Positions 1 through 14,954 of a stretch of DNA of 64,000 nt are shown here, piece after piece. The translations under genes and the position numbers were made by a program. Numbering within the stretch: the stretch's first letter is position 1; each line of letters opens with the position of its first letter. Source of the stretch: Chrysomallon squamiferum (taxonomy: Eukaryota; Animalia; Mollusca); contig CM022671.1 of assembly GCA_012295275.1 (NCBI GenBank), positions 21,328,001-21,392,000 of the forward strand. Direction: 5' to 3'. A model generated the notes under the pieces. It saw nothing but the letters and a program-made list of their open reading frames with translations, had not been told where the DNA came from and did not search any database.

Positions 1-893
1 TAATAAATAAATAAATAAATAAATAAAAACAACTATTTAAAAGAAAACACCTTTCTTAATATTACAGCCATAAAATTTAATTAATTAACTTATATAATTA
101 AAATAATAAATAAAATTCTATTAATTTCACTTTTAAAATTACATTTTTTAATTAATAACCATATAATTAATTTCTTGGTGCACATGTCTAGAGAAAAATA
201 ACACCACATACTACATATCAATAATGGGAGCCAAATTAAATTCTAAAATACGTAATTAAAAAAAGCGTTCAGAGGTTAATGTTAACATTAACAGAGACAA
301 CTTAATAATAACTAACATAATGAGCTTTAAAAAATTAAATCAAATTTTAAAAAATATATTAAAGATATCATTAAAACAGTAAATTGTGTAAAATCAATAA
401 GAGCCCCCTACGGACTGATTCTTATTATGATATGACAATGATAAAGTAAAATAAAATATTACTTTTTTATTCTTCTTTTTTTTTATAAATTAGACGTTAA
501 CAAGAATTTAGAAATATGGGGAGACGCCATAATTTATTTATAATAATAGTAATTAATATTATTATTATAATAATTATAATCTATTTAACTGTATATCTGT
601 CTGTCCGTGTGTCCATCTATCCATCCATTAATTTATATAATCTATGCAATCTAATTAGAAACTACTTATTTACTCTCTGTCTTTCTCCCTCCTTACCTAT
701 ACCTACCTACCTATCTATCCATCTATCTAGCTATCTAGCTAGCTATCTATTCTGCTTTTTTATTTTGCATATGTATAAAACTCGTTGAAAATTAGCTGTT
801 ATCTGCACAGAATTAAACAGTGGAAACTCAATATATAAATTTTAAAACATTAAAATTAATCCAAAAAAAAAAAAAATGAGAATGAAAACCTAC

Positions 894-1027
894 TCGAAGG
901 AACTGAATGCATTTCCATGTCGATTTTTCTTTGCTGCCAGAAGCTTCTGAAAGGAGCTATTCCTGTCCCAGGTCCCACCAGAAGAATCGGCACAGTCATG
1001 TCCTCTGGCATTCTAAACGTTGGAGCT
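894..1027 (-). CDS. NOS: NOS coding exon 22 (NADPH-ribose motif)
   Basis: [44 protein letters not shown]; donor A|GTAGGT at 893 (a second GT 4 nt further on is possible). Confidence 0.94.
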
Positions 1028-1157
1028 CTAAAATGAAGAATTAACAAGATAATTAATTCATTGACTGTATTACAAATGATACATGTAAATAATAATGGTT
1101 TAGGAAAACATAGTACATATTTGATATTGTTGTGGAAACTAGTCGTAGTAATATTAT

Positions 1158-1214
<57 letters not shown>

Positions 1215-1799
1215 TAGTTATAGTAGTAATAATAACTATAGTAATAGTAACAGTAGTAATAATAGTTGTTGTTCTGATATAATTTTGTTTTTATAGTAGT
1301 GGTATCAGCAGCAGCAGTAATAGGTAGTGGTAGTAGTAGTAGTATCAGTAGTAGTACTAGCAGCAGTATTTTATTATAGTAATGGTTACTAGTGGTAATA
1401 GTTTAGTACGGGATAGCATAAACAGTTATAATTTTAGTTGTAATAGTGGTAATAATGAAGCTGTTTTTCAGATGATGTATGTAAAGCTGTGTATTGATCC
1501 TGCACAGACAGAGAATCCAGCAAGATGTACAAATAGTTCAATACGAATGTTACGTACGCTCTCACAGTACATGGAACCATTTCTCCAATCTCACAGCGAT
1601 TGAGCCAGCCAGAACAAACCCCTTCGTGTATAGGACCAGCACCGTCTGTAGAGACAGTGTTTTAAAAAGTAAAGTAAAGTAAATAAAAAGTGAAAGTAGG
1701 GTCAACAGCGCCTGGTTCAAATGTAAGAAAAAATAATAATAAGTAAGAAAAATAATAAGTAAAAAATAAATAATAATAAAAAATAAACCAATAAATAAA

Positions 1800-1862
<63 letters not shown>

Positions 1863-2621
1863 TAATAAATAATTTTAAATAATAATAATAACAACAACAT
1901 CATCAACAACAACAAAAAACAACAACAACAGTAATAACAATAAAGAGATTATACAAAAATGTAAATAAATACGAGTAAACTGACGGTCGAATTAACAAGA
2001 GTATAATAAAAATACACAACATATTCATTTGTTCCGTTTCGCTAACTGAACGGCATTATACATTAGATATGGGTTTCATTTGGTCTGAAAACAAATTTCG
2101 TGCTAGGGTAATAAATAACTTTCTATATATCATATTTCGTTGTTGTTTTTTAACCCAGTTCTTAATGGGGAAAAAAGCCTTACCAAAAACATTTATTTAT
2201 TTATTTATTTGTTTGTTTATTTGTTTATTTCGGTTGTGCCTCACGTTACCTTGTGTTCTGTAACGAACGATCGCTACGGTGGCGTGGATTTGATCCGGCG
2301 TTATCAACGGAGACGAGCTGATGCTGTAGAAACGTTGTTGCAGCAGTGGCAGCTGAGTCATGATCAACGACGGCGGGACTTTGAGTGACGGAAACTCGTC
2401 GAGTACTTCTAACAGGTTGGGATTTTTGTCGTACTTCCACTCTTCATACAGCTGTGAGACCTGATTGAAGAAAAAAAAAAAAAAAAACGAGATGAAAATA
2501 AGTTACTTTTTTTAAATTGAAAGAAGAAAGAGAGAAAGACAGATAGATAGAGAGGCAGAGAAAGAGAAAGTGATAGAAATATACATGCGTGTGTGGGTGT
2601 GTATAAAAAGAGAAAGAGAGG

Positions 2622-2700
<79 letters not shown>

Positions 2701-4297
2701 GGAAAGGAGGGGAAAAGATCGTTTCTACGATCAGCAGAAGACATTTTACACATTATTCGTATTACTTCATTTATAAAAATCCGCATAAATCACAAAAACA
2801 AAAACATAACTTTCATTTAAAAAGTAACATAGTGGAATGAAAAAGTAAATTGTTTATTTTGATAAAATTAGGGGCAAAAACGCTAGGAAATTCTATACTA
2901 GTGTGCATTTATTTCAAAAAGGATTGGACAGCTAAACAAGATTTTTAATATATTTCGCCGAACACTTCAGTTCTTGTTCTCCTTAAATATCGATCGGAAA
3001 CTTACGGTAGCCAGTCGTTCCAAGTGTTCTCTGTCCGCGTCACGTGATGCTTGCGTAGCCAATAATTGTAGAAACGACTGCGAAGGGGGCGTGGTCACGT
3101 CAAGATAGTGTGTAATTCCAGTTCGAAGACTACATCTTGGCATTTTCTCAAATGGCGTCCACGTTTTCGTTGTACCTTTAAATAATACAAACAAACAAAC
3201 AAATAAATAAATAATAATAATAATAATAATAATAGAAACTCGTTCAATAATAATGAACTAATAAATAAACAAATATTACAAAATTACCAAGTTTAAATTC
3301 GAACATATACACATTCAATAACAAAGATATTCGCAGAAAAACAAATTATGGTTTCCTCATATTAACGATCGATCTTTGCCAGTAGTAATGAACGACTGTA
3401 AATTAACAAACTCGTAAAAGTAATAGATGACAGTTTCCCTTTATTATTATTTCATTTCGTACATGATAAATTATCACTGTATATTAATATAGTCAAAACT
3501 GTCTCATTTCTGTTTAAACTTGTTTTAATACATGCTACTTTATTTTTAATAATTATATATACCAGCGGTCACAAATGTACCTAAAATAATAACGACATAT
3601 GTGGCCACGAAACGCTTACCCATTGGAGTTGTCTTCTCTTGAAGAATCTCCACTTGAATGACTTGGTCGGGAGGGGGAGCGTTGTGTAAGCGTGCGAGAA
3701 TCGCGTTGACGAGATTTGGCGGATTCGAGGCGTATATCCCTGCGTGGTCCCCTGGGTGGTAGAGCAGTTCGACCGCTCCCCCGTGGTCCAGTTTCACCAG
3801 AATCGTCTGCCGTCTGAACGAAGAAAAAAAAAATTCAGAATTTTTGTCATTGAAATGAGATCGTAATTGAAAAAAAAAAATATATATATATATATAAAGA
3901 GTGGAATTTTGAAAATTACAAATACAAAATGAAGATAGCAGTTTCAGATTCTGGACAATGAAATTATAAAATATTTTTGGCAAAAGTTACCAGAGATAAA
4001 TTTTGAAGATAATCAAATGATTATATTTTATAGTTATATATCAGACAAAACGTTTTGTTATATTCATCTGTATACAGTAAAAAATATTAATCTATTTATG
4101 TTTAGGCTTTAAATTATTCGACCAAGTCATATATGTATTTTTTGAATGGGATAGATGGGGATGGAACTTAAGAACAGACTGACAGATACAATATCGATTA
4201 ACAGCATTTGTACATAGCTGCAATAACTATTCTAAAACACTAAATGAGCGATATATAGAAATTCAAAATTCAAAATAGAAAAAAGAATGGGATGAAG

Positions 4298-4357
<60 letters not shown>

Positions 4358-4405
4358 TGTATGTATGTATGTATGTATGTGTGTATGTATGTATGTATGT
4401 ATATA

Positions 4406-4441
<36 letters not shown>

Positions 4442-4629
4442 TGTATGTATGTATATATGTGTGTGTGTATGTATGTATGTATGTATGTATGTATGTTTGT
4501 ATGTATGTATGTATATATATATACAGACATAGTTTAGAATCAGACTTACGGTGATTCAGAACTCTGAAGCTTAATTCTTTCCACCAGTTTGCAAGGACGT
4601 ATCGATTTGGAGTGCAGTTTGGACAGAGC

Positions 4630-4683
<54 letters not shown>

Positions 4684-4718
4684 GCTACATTAATAATAAT
4701 AATAATAATAATAACTAC

Positions 4719-4757
<39 letters not shown>

Positions 4758-7700
4758 GGCAATAACGGAAATTAATTATTTATAAGATAAACGTGTTATT
4801 TGACACATCTTATGATATGCAACATTCCAGCTGTATAAAACTATCGTTATATATTATATTAGTCTGATTTATACCAAACATATATTAAAAAAAACCATCG
4901 CCTTTGAGAGCCTATAATGCATTAATTAATAAGCTCTAACATCAAATATTTCACCTTCACAAATGTCCACTTCTTTCTCCTTCTCCAGAGGGGTTATTCT
5001 GAACTTCGCGGCTGACCAGCTGAGGTCAGTGTTGGACAAGGCCCCCGTCGCCTCGGACATGTTGACGTCATCGCCCAGACAGAACGTGTCACAAGCAGCC
5101 TAGAAAACAAAATGGCGGTCAGTGATTTTTTTAGAAATAGTTATTTATTTCTGGAAACGTGATTGAAATCGTGAATAGGGACGTTTTCACAATAATAGTC
5201 TCGTCTGAAGGTGAAAAAAGAACCTCAGTAATTTTGTCAGACGTGATGATCATTGTTATAAATAGAATCAGAGTGATAGTTCAAAATGCTGTTGACCAAT
5301 GAAAACAACTTTCTGTTCGGAATTACGTGCAGAGGGAATAATGTACATATGTGCTAAACAATTCAAAAATAATAAAAATAAATAACAGGACTAAAAAAAT
5401 AAAAGATAATACTAATAATAATAATAATAATAATGTATTAATGGCAACGGGATGATGATGATGATGTGAATGATAATATAGATGATGTTGATGAATATAA
5501 TTATCATCACAATTAATTTTGAAGATAACATTCGAAAATTTTAATTTAAAAATTTCTAATTTGGCAAAAATAAAAAATAAAAAATAAAAATATCTGAACA
5601 TAATTATATTTTAAAAAGTTATTTTAAAGATCTCTACTAGTAACGAACAAAACAAAAACAAAAACAACGAAAACCTGTACTAAAATTAAATAAAGAACAA
5701 TAGAACTTGTGTTGAAACTGTTGGATAATAAACACTATAACAACACCTAAGTTTAAAATAACGCAAACTAGCAGTGAACAAAAGTTAAAGTCGATCAGCT
5801 CATCTAAAATTAATTAACAAATCAGAAACATCAAGAGACTCGTCCTGAGCGTGTTTCTGTCTTCCCTTGGTAAGACATCAGCATCTATTATTTAAACAGC
5901 AGACTAATTACTCTTTCCCGAGCGTAAAGTGATCATTAAAATTAGACCTCTGTACAATATTTTGCAAAGTGTACAGCCAGGGAAAAGATTACAAAGATTA
6001 TAATATGCACAGTTGTCCAGATTAAAAGTCATAGACCTGCAGAATTTAGAAATTATAAATCTAGTTATGAATCAAGATCATGGAAATATTTTTCACGCTG
6101 AGGTTTAACCATGGTGTGTTGTTCAAATTAAATGCTAAAATTCAATTTTGTTTCGTGAGAAGATAAAAAAGAGCTGTGTTGATTAAGAAATTAGAGAATT
6201 ATATCATTCGACCCTTAAACCCTTTGTTATTAACTTAGTCCCTGTAAGAAAGTTAAACCTTTTATTTAATTATTCAGAATATTTCAAATGCGTAAAATTC
6301 GTTCTTGCATTGTTTCCCAAAGGAAAAAAAAAAAAAAAAAAAAGAAAGGAAGAAATAACTCTTACTTTGATTTGTAAATGGATGGGTTTTCTCCCTTGGT
6401 GTTTAAATAAAACTTTGTTTATTGTATTGTCTGGTCTTTGTAAAAATCACATACGGTTGCATTTCATCCTTGCTAAGTGAGTTATTAACAACATGTTAGT
6501 CATGAGATTTTACACAGAACTACTAACATTATTATATGTAGTTTTATAACTTATTGGAAGATGAACCTCAATCCTATACCTTGACGGCAAGCAGTCCACA
6601 AATATATACAATTTATACGCAAGTGGAGGTCATTCTTTATCATGTTATGTACTTATCACAGTCATTTTATCTGAATGGTTACAGGAAAGGGATGTATAAA
6701 ATCTATTTTTATTCTAACCTTGAAGACGTCCTGAGCCCAGTTCCTGAACGATTCTTCCTGTCCACAGATTTCATCTCCTTCTCCCACAGACACGATTCTC
6801 TCTGCTCCGAGTTCGTGGAACACGTTGTCCAGGTAATGTCCAAACGCACAGAAGTTGGGATAGGCTCGCGATCCCAGAGCAAACACGGAATATCTGTAAC
6901 AAAACACATACAGGACATCATCACTCAGAGCAACTGAACTAGGCAACTGTTCCAACGCGATATTCAGAATAATGTTTAGGGTATGGTTCAGATTAAATAA
7001 ATGGAAAACTGAACGTATTATAATCTAAGCAGAATTGACGTACTGGTTTCCATTCCTGTAATATCAGTGGACTTCGCCTATACTTTTGATTTATGGACAT
7101 ATGTTCAATATAATGTTATGGTTATGTTCAATACTGTTTGGGTTTTTTCTGTTGGTCTCGGAATGAATTATTCAGCATGCCATTTAGATATTTTTTTTTT
7201 TTTTTTTTTTTTACTGTTTCGTGTTGCTCCTTCGTTTAATGAATAGAGTTTCAAATTTTATTTATAAACTCCAGATGTTTTGTGGTTATAATTGCAATAA
7301 AGGCTTTCAACTAAGGATCATTCATAAATTTAAATATATCAATGTTTCTAACATAATAACATTTGCAAACATGTATAAGTAAAATACGAAATTTTCATTG
7401 TCATTTTGTCTGAATGTTTATTTGTTTTTATTATGATTCCTAGGTTTACCTGACGTTTCCTAGCGGTCCGCTGTCCATAGTTAAATTGTCATCTTTGTCG
7501 TCTTCTTCTTGTTTAGTCCCGTTTATTTTCACTTCCTTCTCACTCAGGGAACTCATGCGAATGTAGGAGGCTGTCTTTATGTCTTCGCTGGAAAATAAAT
7601 GTTAAACATCACTGAAAAATGTACTTAATATAGAAATTAGTGAGACTGAAACACTGAGAAGCAGAGATTTTTGACAGACCTCTTTGTAATTATGGGTCAC

Positions 7701-10700
7701 TAGGTTAAGATTTAAGTTTTGCGACTAAAACTCACATTTCATGTTCTCTTGCATAAACTATTTATTGGTTTCATTTATTCATTCGTTCATTCACTTATTC
7801 ATTTGTGTTTTCAGTCGTTCGTTTATTACTCTGTAAATATCAGTTTATGTATTCCATAAAAAGTCTACAAGATTTTATTGTACTCACTTATCGGATCCTT
7901 CTGAATTTTTCAGTTCAAGTAGAGTTTTTGCAAACGTCTATAATAATAATAATAATAATAATAAATAGCATTTAATACACGAACTAAAAAAGAAAAAAAT
8001 AGTCTTACAAATCAAAATAAATACATAAAGCAGGAGATCTTAAATAAAATTGGTATATTTTCATAATAGTGATCTTTCTTCTTCTGTATTTAATACAGAA
8101 AAAAATGGAGTTAATGCAAAAATGGTCAACAAAAACGTGAGTTACAATTATTAGCCAATACTGATGTAAGTGAAACTCTGACTTCAAATATTTCATATAA
8201 TAATTAAAACTGATTATATACAGAATGTTAATCTTTATGGTTAAACTGAATATAATTTTTTATTAAGATAAAGTTGTAATATAGCCAAACTGTCCATTTA
8301 CCGGTGACTTTTAAGCCAAGCCACTGGGGTTAATTATTATATATCACAGTATCAATAGTTATACATACATATATATATATATACAGTATACCCTCACCTG
8401 TTCGCGGTTCCCCATTCGCGGCCCCGCATATTCGCGGGTTAGGCTCTTAACCCTATCGCATCGTGTGCTGGTATACCAGGCTAGCGTCATAATGTCATAA
8501 AAACAAATGCTCGGTAAACCGGGTTTTTGTAGGTCATAGAAACTTTTCGACCTTTAAGAAACTCATTGAGGAGAAGGGATACAAGCCAGAGCAGGTCTTC
8601 AAAATGACTTTACGGTACAGTAATACAGTATGGGTAACTATGCTATGCGGTGTTACTGTCCTCCTGTACTTACGTTTCTTTCTGATTAAAATATTGTTTC
8701 AGTACAAAATTAAAATGTGTTTACATTATCATTACTACATTAGTGAAATACATAACTGCATGCAATATTACTACATTATTACTGTATTAATGAGTAAGAG
8801 TGTCTTTAGAAAGTGTTTGGGAAGCATTTAGTACCGTATATAATCTCATAATAGACGTTTTAAAACTGCATCCAATATTCGCGGTTTTTCGCTATTCGCG
8901 GGGGTGGGGGGTAAAGAACGTAACCCCCGCGAATAGCGAGGGAATACTGTATATACATATAATTATTAGAACAACACTCTGAAACTATATTTCATACTAA
9001 ATAAGTAAAAAGTACAAAACAAAAACATTACTCACCTCTCCATTTTCCGGAGGATCGCCATTTCCAAAAGTACTGCTAATAACCAAAACCAACGCCTCGT
9101 GCTCCAGATGTATGACGTCATATTCGTCCATACACATCACCTTTTACGAAAATAACAGAATATGTTAACAATCGATAATAATCTTATTTAAGTATTTTAT
9201 TATTATTAATGTGTATTGCGTGATAATGTAACTATACGATGATAAAGGAATCGGCAGTTTCCGTTATAAGTTTTGTTTGACCGTTTACCAGCAAAAATTA
9301 TTTTACCGTCAACCAGATGGGGCGTTTGTGCATTGACTTTCTCAAAAACAGTGAACCACAGAGCAAAACCATTGATACAGAAATAGTAGACAACTGTCTA
9401 AAATATGTAAACCCTGTGGTTGTAACGAGAAGATTTGATCTTAAAACCCAGACGTTGTCATGTGACCATTACGACAGTGTTCAAAAGCGGCATAGAAAAC
9501 AAGTCTCAACAGACCACACTGAGTTCTCTACCATCAGACTACAGTTTTCTTCATTCACGTCAGATACAATAAGATTGTTTTATAAAACTCAAAACAAAAC
9601 GTGATATGAAACAATGCATTATATCACAGTAACCCACAAAATTATTCTGGTCGAAACAAAAGGTCGTACTGAATAACGCTTTTCTGAAAGCCCCGTTTTT
9701 TTTTTTTTTTTTTTTTTTTTTAAATGTGGTGATCGTTTAAGAATGAATGCAAAATGTGATATGATGAAACGCATTATATTGCATAAAAAACTTTTAAAAA
9801 TCTTAGAGGAAACAAAAGACCGTTTTGGATAACAGTTTTATGAAAGCTCTGAGTTTTCTGTTTTAAATGTGATGATCGCTGAAGAATGAATGCTTGTAAA
9901 AGTCTGAAATAATTTTTTTTTAAAGTTAAATAAAAGATGTAACAAAATAAATAGATGCGATCCATCTTAGAGTGTCGAAGCATTACTAAATTCCTATTGC
10001 AAAAGTCTAACAGCTAAATAAATACAATAAAAATGAATATTAAATTCCTTCTGTTTAATAATCATTAAAATTCTCTTAACTGTCATCAACCTGAATTTTC
10101 TACGCAATATTTTAACATTAAAGTTTTTTTTTTTAAAAAATCAGTATTACAATAACATATAAAATAGTGAATTTCTTTTGCAGCTACCTTAGCATCAAAG
10201 GCGTGCTTGAATATTTCACAAGGTAGTCCTTGCAAACCTCTCCGACTTGCCAGTCTCCGTGGCGTACAGAATGACGCATTTTACTCGTCTTGCGAGAGCT
10301 TTTCCCATCAGTTTAGCAGAAAACTTGACAGCCCTGGGGAGAGAGAAATAAAACAAGTTTAAATATTATTACGTAATAAACACCAAGCAAAACAGACATT
10401 TAAATTCGTAAATTATGACAGTGAAGTTATTGTTGTAGTTTATGGTTTCGGAATCAAAATCTTTAAAAAAAAAAAATAATAATAAATAAAAAAAGATTAT
10501 GTTAATTTCAGAATTTAAAAGTGTTAAAATAATGACTATACATATAAACACGCATGCACGCACACATATAAATTTTAATTTCAAACATTATTGATTGTTA
10601 ATAATAACCTTTCAGCAAAAAATAAAAAATATATAAAAATATAAAAAATATAAAATTATAATAATGAAGTTTTAAAAACCTGGCCAATTCTTTGAATCCA

Positions 10701-10913
10701 AATTTTCTTTTCGGTCTGTCGATGGATTTTGTTCTTTCTCTGTCTCTCTTCCAAACGTGTGACCGCCATGCGTCTTCCTAATTAAGTCATCAGAAATTAC
10801 ATTACGTAAAATTCTATAAATATATCACCAAGTTAAGTACATTTTTAAATATTAAAATATACCGTTATGTTCACGAAATATAATACATACGTGTGTGTAT
10901 AGGTTTATATATT

Positions 10914-10945
<32 letters not shown>

Positions 10946-12866
10946 TATACATTTATTTCGCGAATAAAAAATTATAAATATCAATATATATTATCATTTT
11001 ATTACTGTTATTGCTGTCCTTTTTTTATTATTACTGCTGTTGTTTCTGATTTTTATTTTTATTTTGTATCACTTGTTTATCTAGCTGGGAGTTATTTTTA
11101 AAAAAAAGACGTTTTTAAAAAAATGACCAATAAGGTCGCTGAAATATGTTTCCAGGACACACACACATAAAATAACTGGTTGGAAAAGCGGCATACTTGA
11201 TATTCGTACGAAGGTTTCAGCTTGTACATGAGCATTTCCTGGTGAAAGACTTGTGTAAGACTCCCGCTGATTGGTGGAACGACCCACACCCAGTCTGCTG
11301 GACACCCACCGCGCAGGCGCTGTTCATTTTCCAGGTGTTTGATGAACGAATCAGACGCGGCGTGGTGGTCTGTAATACTCACTCCTGCTGTCTGCAAGTA
11401 ATAAATCAATAAATCAGCAAATCAATCAATCAATAAATAAGCAAATCAATCAATCAATAAATAAGCAGTAAATAAATAAATAAATAAATACGTACATAAT
11501 TTTTACTTACAATAGAGACATAGACTGTTTAAATTTCACACGTCAAAATAACACCTCCAGCCTTAAATAATTCAGACGGTTATTTTTAGTTTTTAGTGTT
11601 AACTAATACATCAACATTGCATCACCCAGCTATTAAAAACACACAAACAATATTCTCCACGGTTATTCTCTCCCTAAACTTAGATCGTAATGTTTCCTGG
11701 TATATACTTTTACCGTGTCGTGAATATAGATGTAACACGAAGATAACTCGTAAAATATTTTCTCAGCTTACTCAGGTACATTTCTGAATTATAAAAGACA
11801 CTCTAACGAAGGGGAATCATATAGCATATAGTGAGAAAACCATCACAGAAATAAAGCAAGGGTTTAACAAAATGGGATCGTTCAGTTGTTATATTTTAAA
11901 GATTTTGGCTGATGGCGTAAAAGATTAAAATATTCTAGAATGTCAGGGGAAAAAAAGATGTAAGTTTATTTATTGTCTGTATTTTTAGAATGAAAATGAA
12001 ACGAAATATACCAGGAAACTGTAAATAAAAGTAATAAGAACCAAAACCCTCTCTGTCAACTTTAGAAATATTGAGGAAAAGATCAAATGAAACATTTGGA
12101 GAACCCACTATTAATAAAGACAATAATTTATATAAATCAGACATAAATACAGACTGCACATACGATTTATATATAAATATAAATAGTGCTTACTTACATA
12201 TATTCTATTTGCCTATACAAAATTTATATAATAATAATAATAATAATCATAATAATAATAAAAACAAAGTATCAACAAACCTGATAGCTGTACAACACAG
12301 CAATGTTCACTTCTACGCATGCTCGGTCACGCCATAGCGATGATGTCTTCCGGGTATCGAGTCCCATTTTCTTGGCTACAGTCTGTTAAAAACATAAATT
12401 GCAAGGTATGTGCTGTGGTGTCATTAACCTTTCAGTCATTCAGTCACGTAGTAAGTTTCGTTGATTATGTGTTTTATCTTTATGTGCCAAGTATTATTTG
12501 GGTACAGGTTAATGCAAATTATAAATTTCTGTGAAATATGTAGAATTATCTTACAAACATAACAATATATGTTTTATAGCAGTGAAAAGTTTCGCTATAT
12601 AGGTACATATATACATAAATGACTATATCAATTGTTAAAGAGAGAGAGAGAGAGAGATATATAGAGATATATATATATAGACAGACAGACAGACAGAGAG
12701 AGAGAGAGAGACAGAGAGAGAGAGACATATATATATATATATATATATATACATACAAACACACTCTCTCTACATACATACATATATATATATATATATC
12801 ACATACATACATACACATATATACATAGACATACATAAATAGACACATCGATTCATATATACATAC

Positions 12867-12956
<90 letters not shown>

Positions 12957-13603
12957 CACTAACAAATACAGAGAAATATATAGAATAACACACATATATA
13001 TACACATACATATATGCCTGAACATTATTATACACAACATATACTTAGGTAACTATTTACAGGTTCGAATTTGCTGAAAATAAACAACCCCAGTGTACTC
13101 AGTGAAGTATCGTCATGCGCGAAATAACAATATTCTAATCACAGACCACATCTATTTATTCCTCAAGTTTACCGTCCACGAGGGAAATGACCATTCTTAA
13201 TTGATAATGATTGATCTTCCGACGCTCCAGATGGTGTTCATTCAAATACCTCTTAGTCTGAGAAAGTTTGGGTTCTTGTTATGCAAGAATAATAACGTGG
13301 TACACTAACTTTGGAGAATTTATTTTCGCAAAATCCGTGGGTAATGTCCTTTATGAATTTGGACAATGTTATTTTTTTTTTTTTTATAATTAAATAAAAA
13401 AAAACGAAAAAGAAAAAATGTTTATGATATTTGATTTATGTCTGAAGATATATGTTCATTCTGTGACTCTTTTTTTTTTTTTTTTTAAATTTATTGTTGT
13501 TATTGTTGTGGGTGCTGCAAGTAAATAAGTATTTAGAGTGCAGATAGACTCAGTAACTATGAACATCTAGAAAGTGCGTGAGAGAGCGAGAGGGGGAGGA
13601 AAA

Positions 13604-13636
<33 letters not shown>

Positions 13637-14669
13637 GATAGAGACAGAGAGAGAGAGAGATCGAAACGAGAGAGTAGGAGAGAGTATGGGAGAAAGGCAA
13701 AGAGAGACAGACAGATATAAAAGACAAAAACAGATAGACAGTCAGAGAGAGAAAAGGAGAGAGAGAGACTGAGATTTCAGGTACCTCTGTAACATTGTAT
13801 CGAGTGACGTCACAGAAATCTCTCGCAGCTATCTCTGTGCCCATGTACCATCCGTTGAAAGGACTGGCTGGAAACTCGATACCTCCACAGTCGAACACCA
13901 TCCCAGACACTGCGGGCAGAGCGTACCATTTGTACCCCAACTCAACAAACCAGGGGTATCTGTTAAACAAACAACATATAACAGTAAATATATAATAATA
14001 ATAATGTTCAGTAAGTAAGTAAATGAAAATGAAAAAATATATATATATAAATAAATAAACATTTAACATTAAGCAAAACGATAAATTCTAACAAAGTAGA
14101 TATACTAAGCATATTCAACGCTTTTTAGCTTTCCCCTTTGATGTAGTGTGATTTGTCCAGTTTATACATAATTCATCTACAAACACAACCATTTATACTA
14201 CTAATAAAGAAGGATTTCATTTTGATATCACATCACATATAAAAGGACAATTAAAACTGTCAATACAAAAATATACCGAAATTTCGCCCAGCAAAAACAT
14301 TCACTGCTTCATCCATCTACAAGTTCTGGATTTCCATTTCATATACATGCGTTCTTAATTACACGCACAAACAATTACGCACGAACTGATAAAAAACACA
14401 ATACACATTTAAACAGTGAACGTTTAAAATGGACACGAGATACAAACTGACAGACAGAACGACAGACAGACAGTGTTACAGTGTAAAAATCGATTTACTT
14501 GGGGTGTTTGATGGCAACTTCTAGAATGAGTTCTGGTGGGATTTCAAACATCTCTGGGTCGTGGCCTCCTGCAGACAGCACCAGCGGTAAAATATCAAAC
14601 ATTCCTCCCTTGGGCTTCCATCCCAGTTTTATACAGATCTGAGGAGTTAATATAAAAATAATAATAATA

Positions 14670-14709
<40 letters not shown>

Positions 14710-14906
14710 GTAGTAGTAGTAAGTAGTAGTAGTAGTAGTAGTAGTAATAATAATAATAATAATAAATATATTCATGAATACTTGGCATATTCAGTAAAGC
14801 TTCTTTTTGTTCCAAAAGTCTTAAAATTTGAAGATTATTATAATGTAAATTTTATCTACCTATCTATCTATCTATCTATCTGTATGTATGTATGTATGTG
14901 TATGTG

Positions 14907-14954
<48 letters not shown>

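Noticed and set aside
7736-7757. Possible nNOS-mu-like micro-exon between exons 13 and 14 (TAG...GTGAGT)
   Set aside because: 22 nt is not frame-preserving and the acceptor has no pyrimidine tract.
10216-10218. Rescue of the NOS stop by selenocysteine, readthrough or A-to-I editing
   Set aside because: The frame is shifted, and further TGA and TAA codons follow within the same exon, so stop suppression alone cannot restore the reductase.
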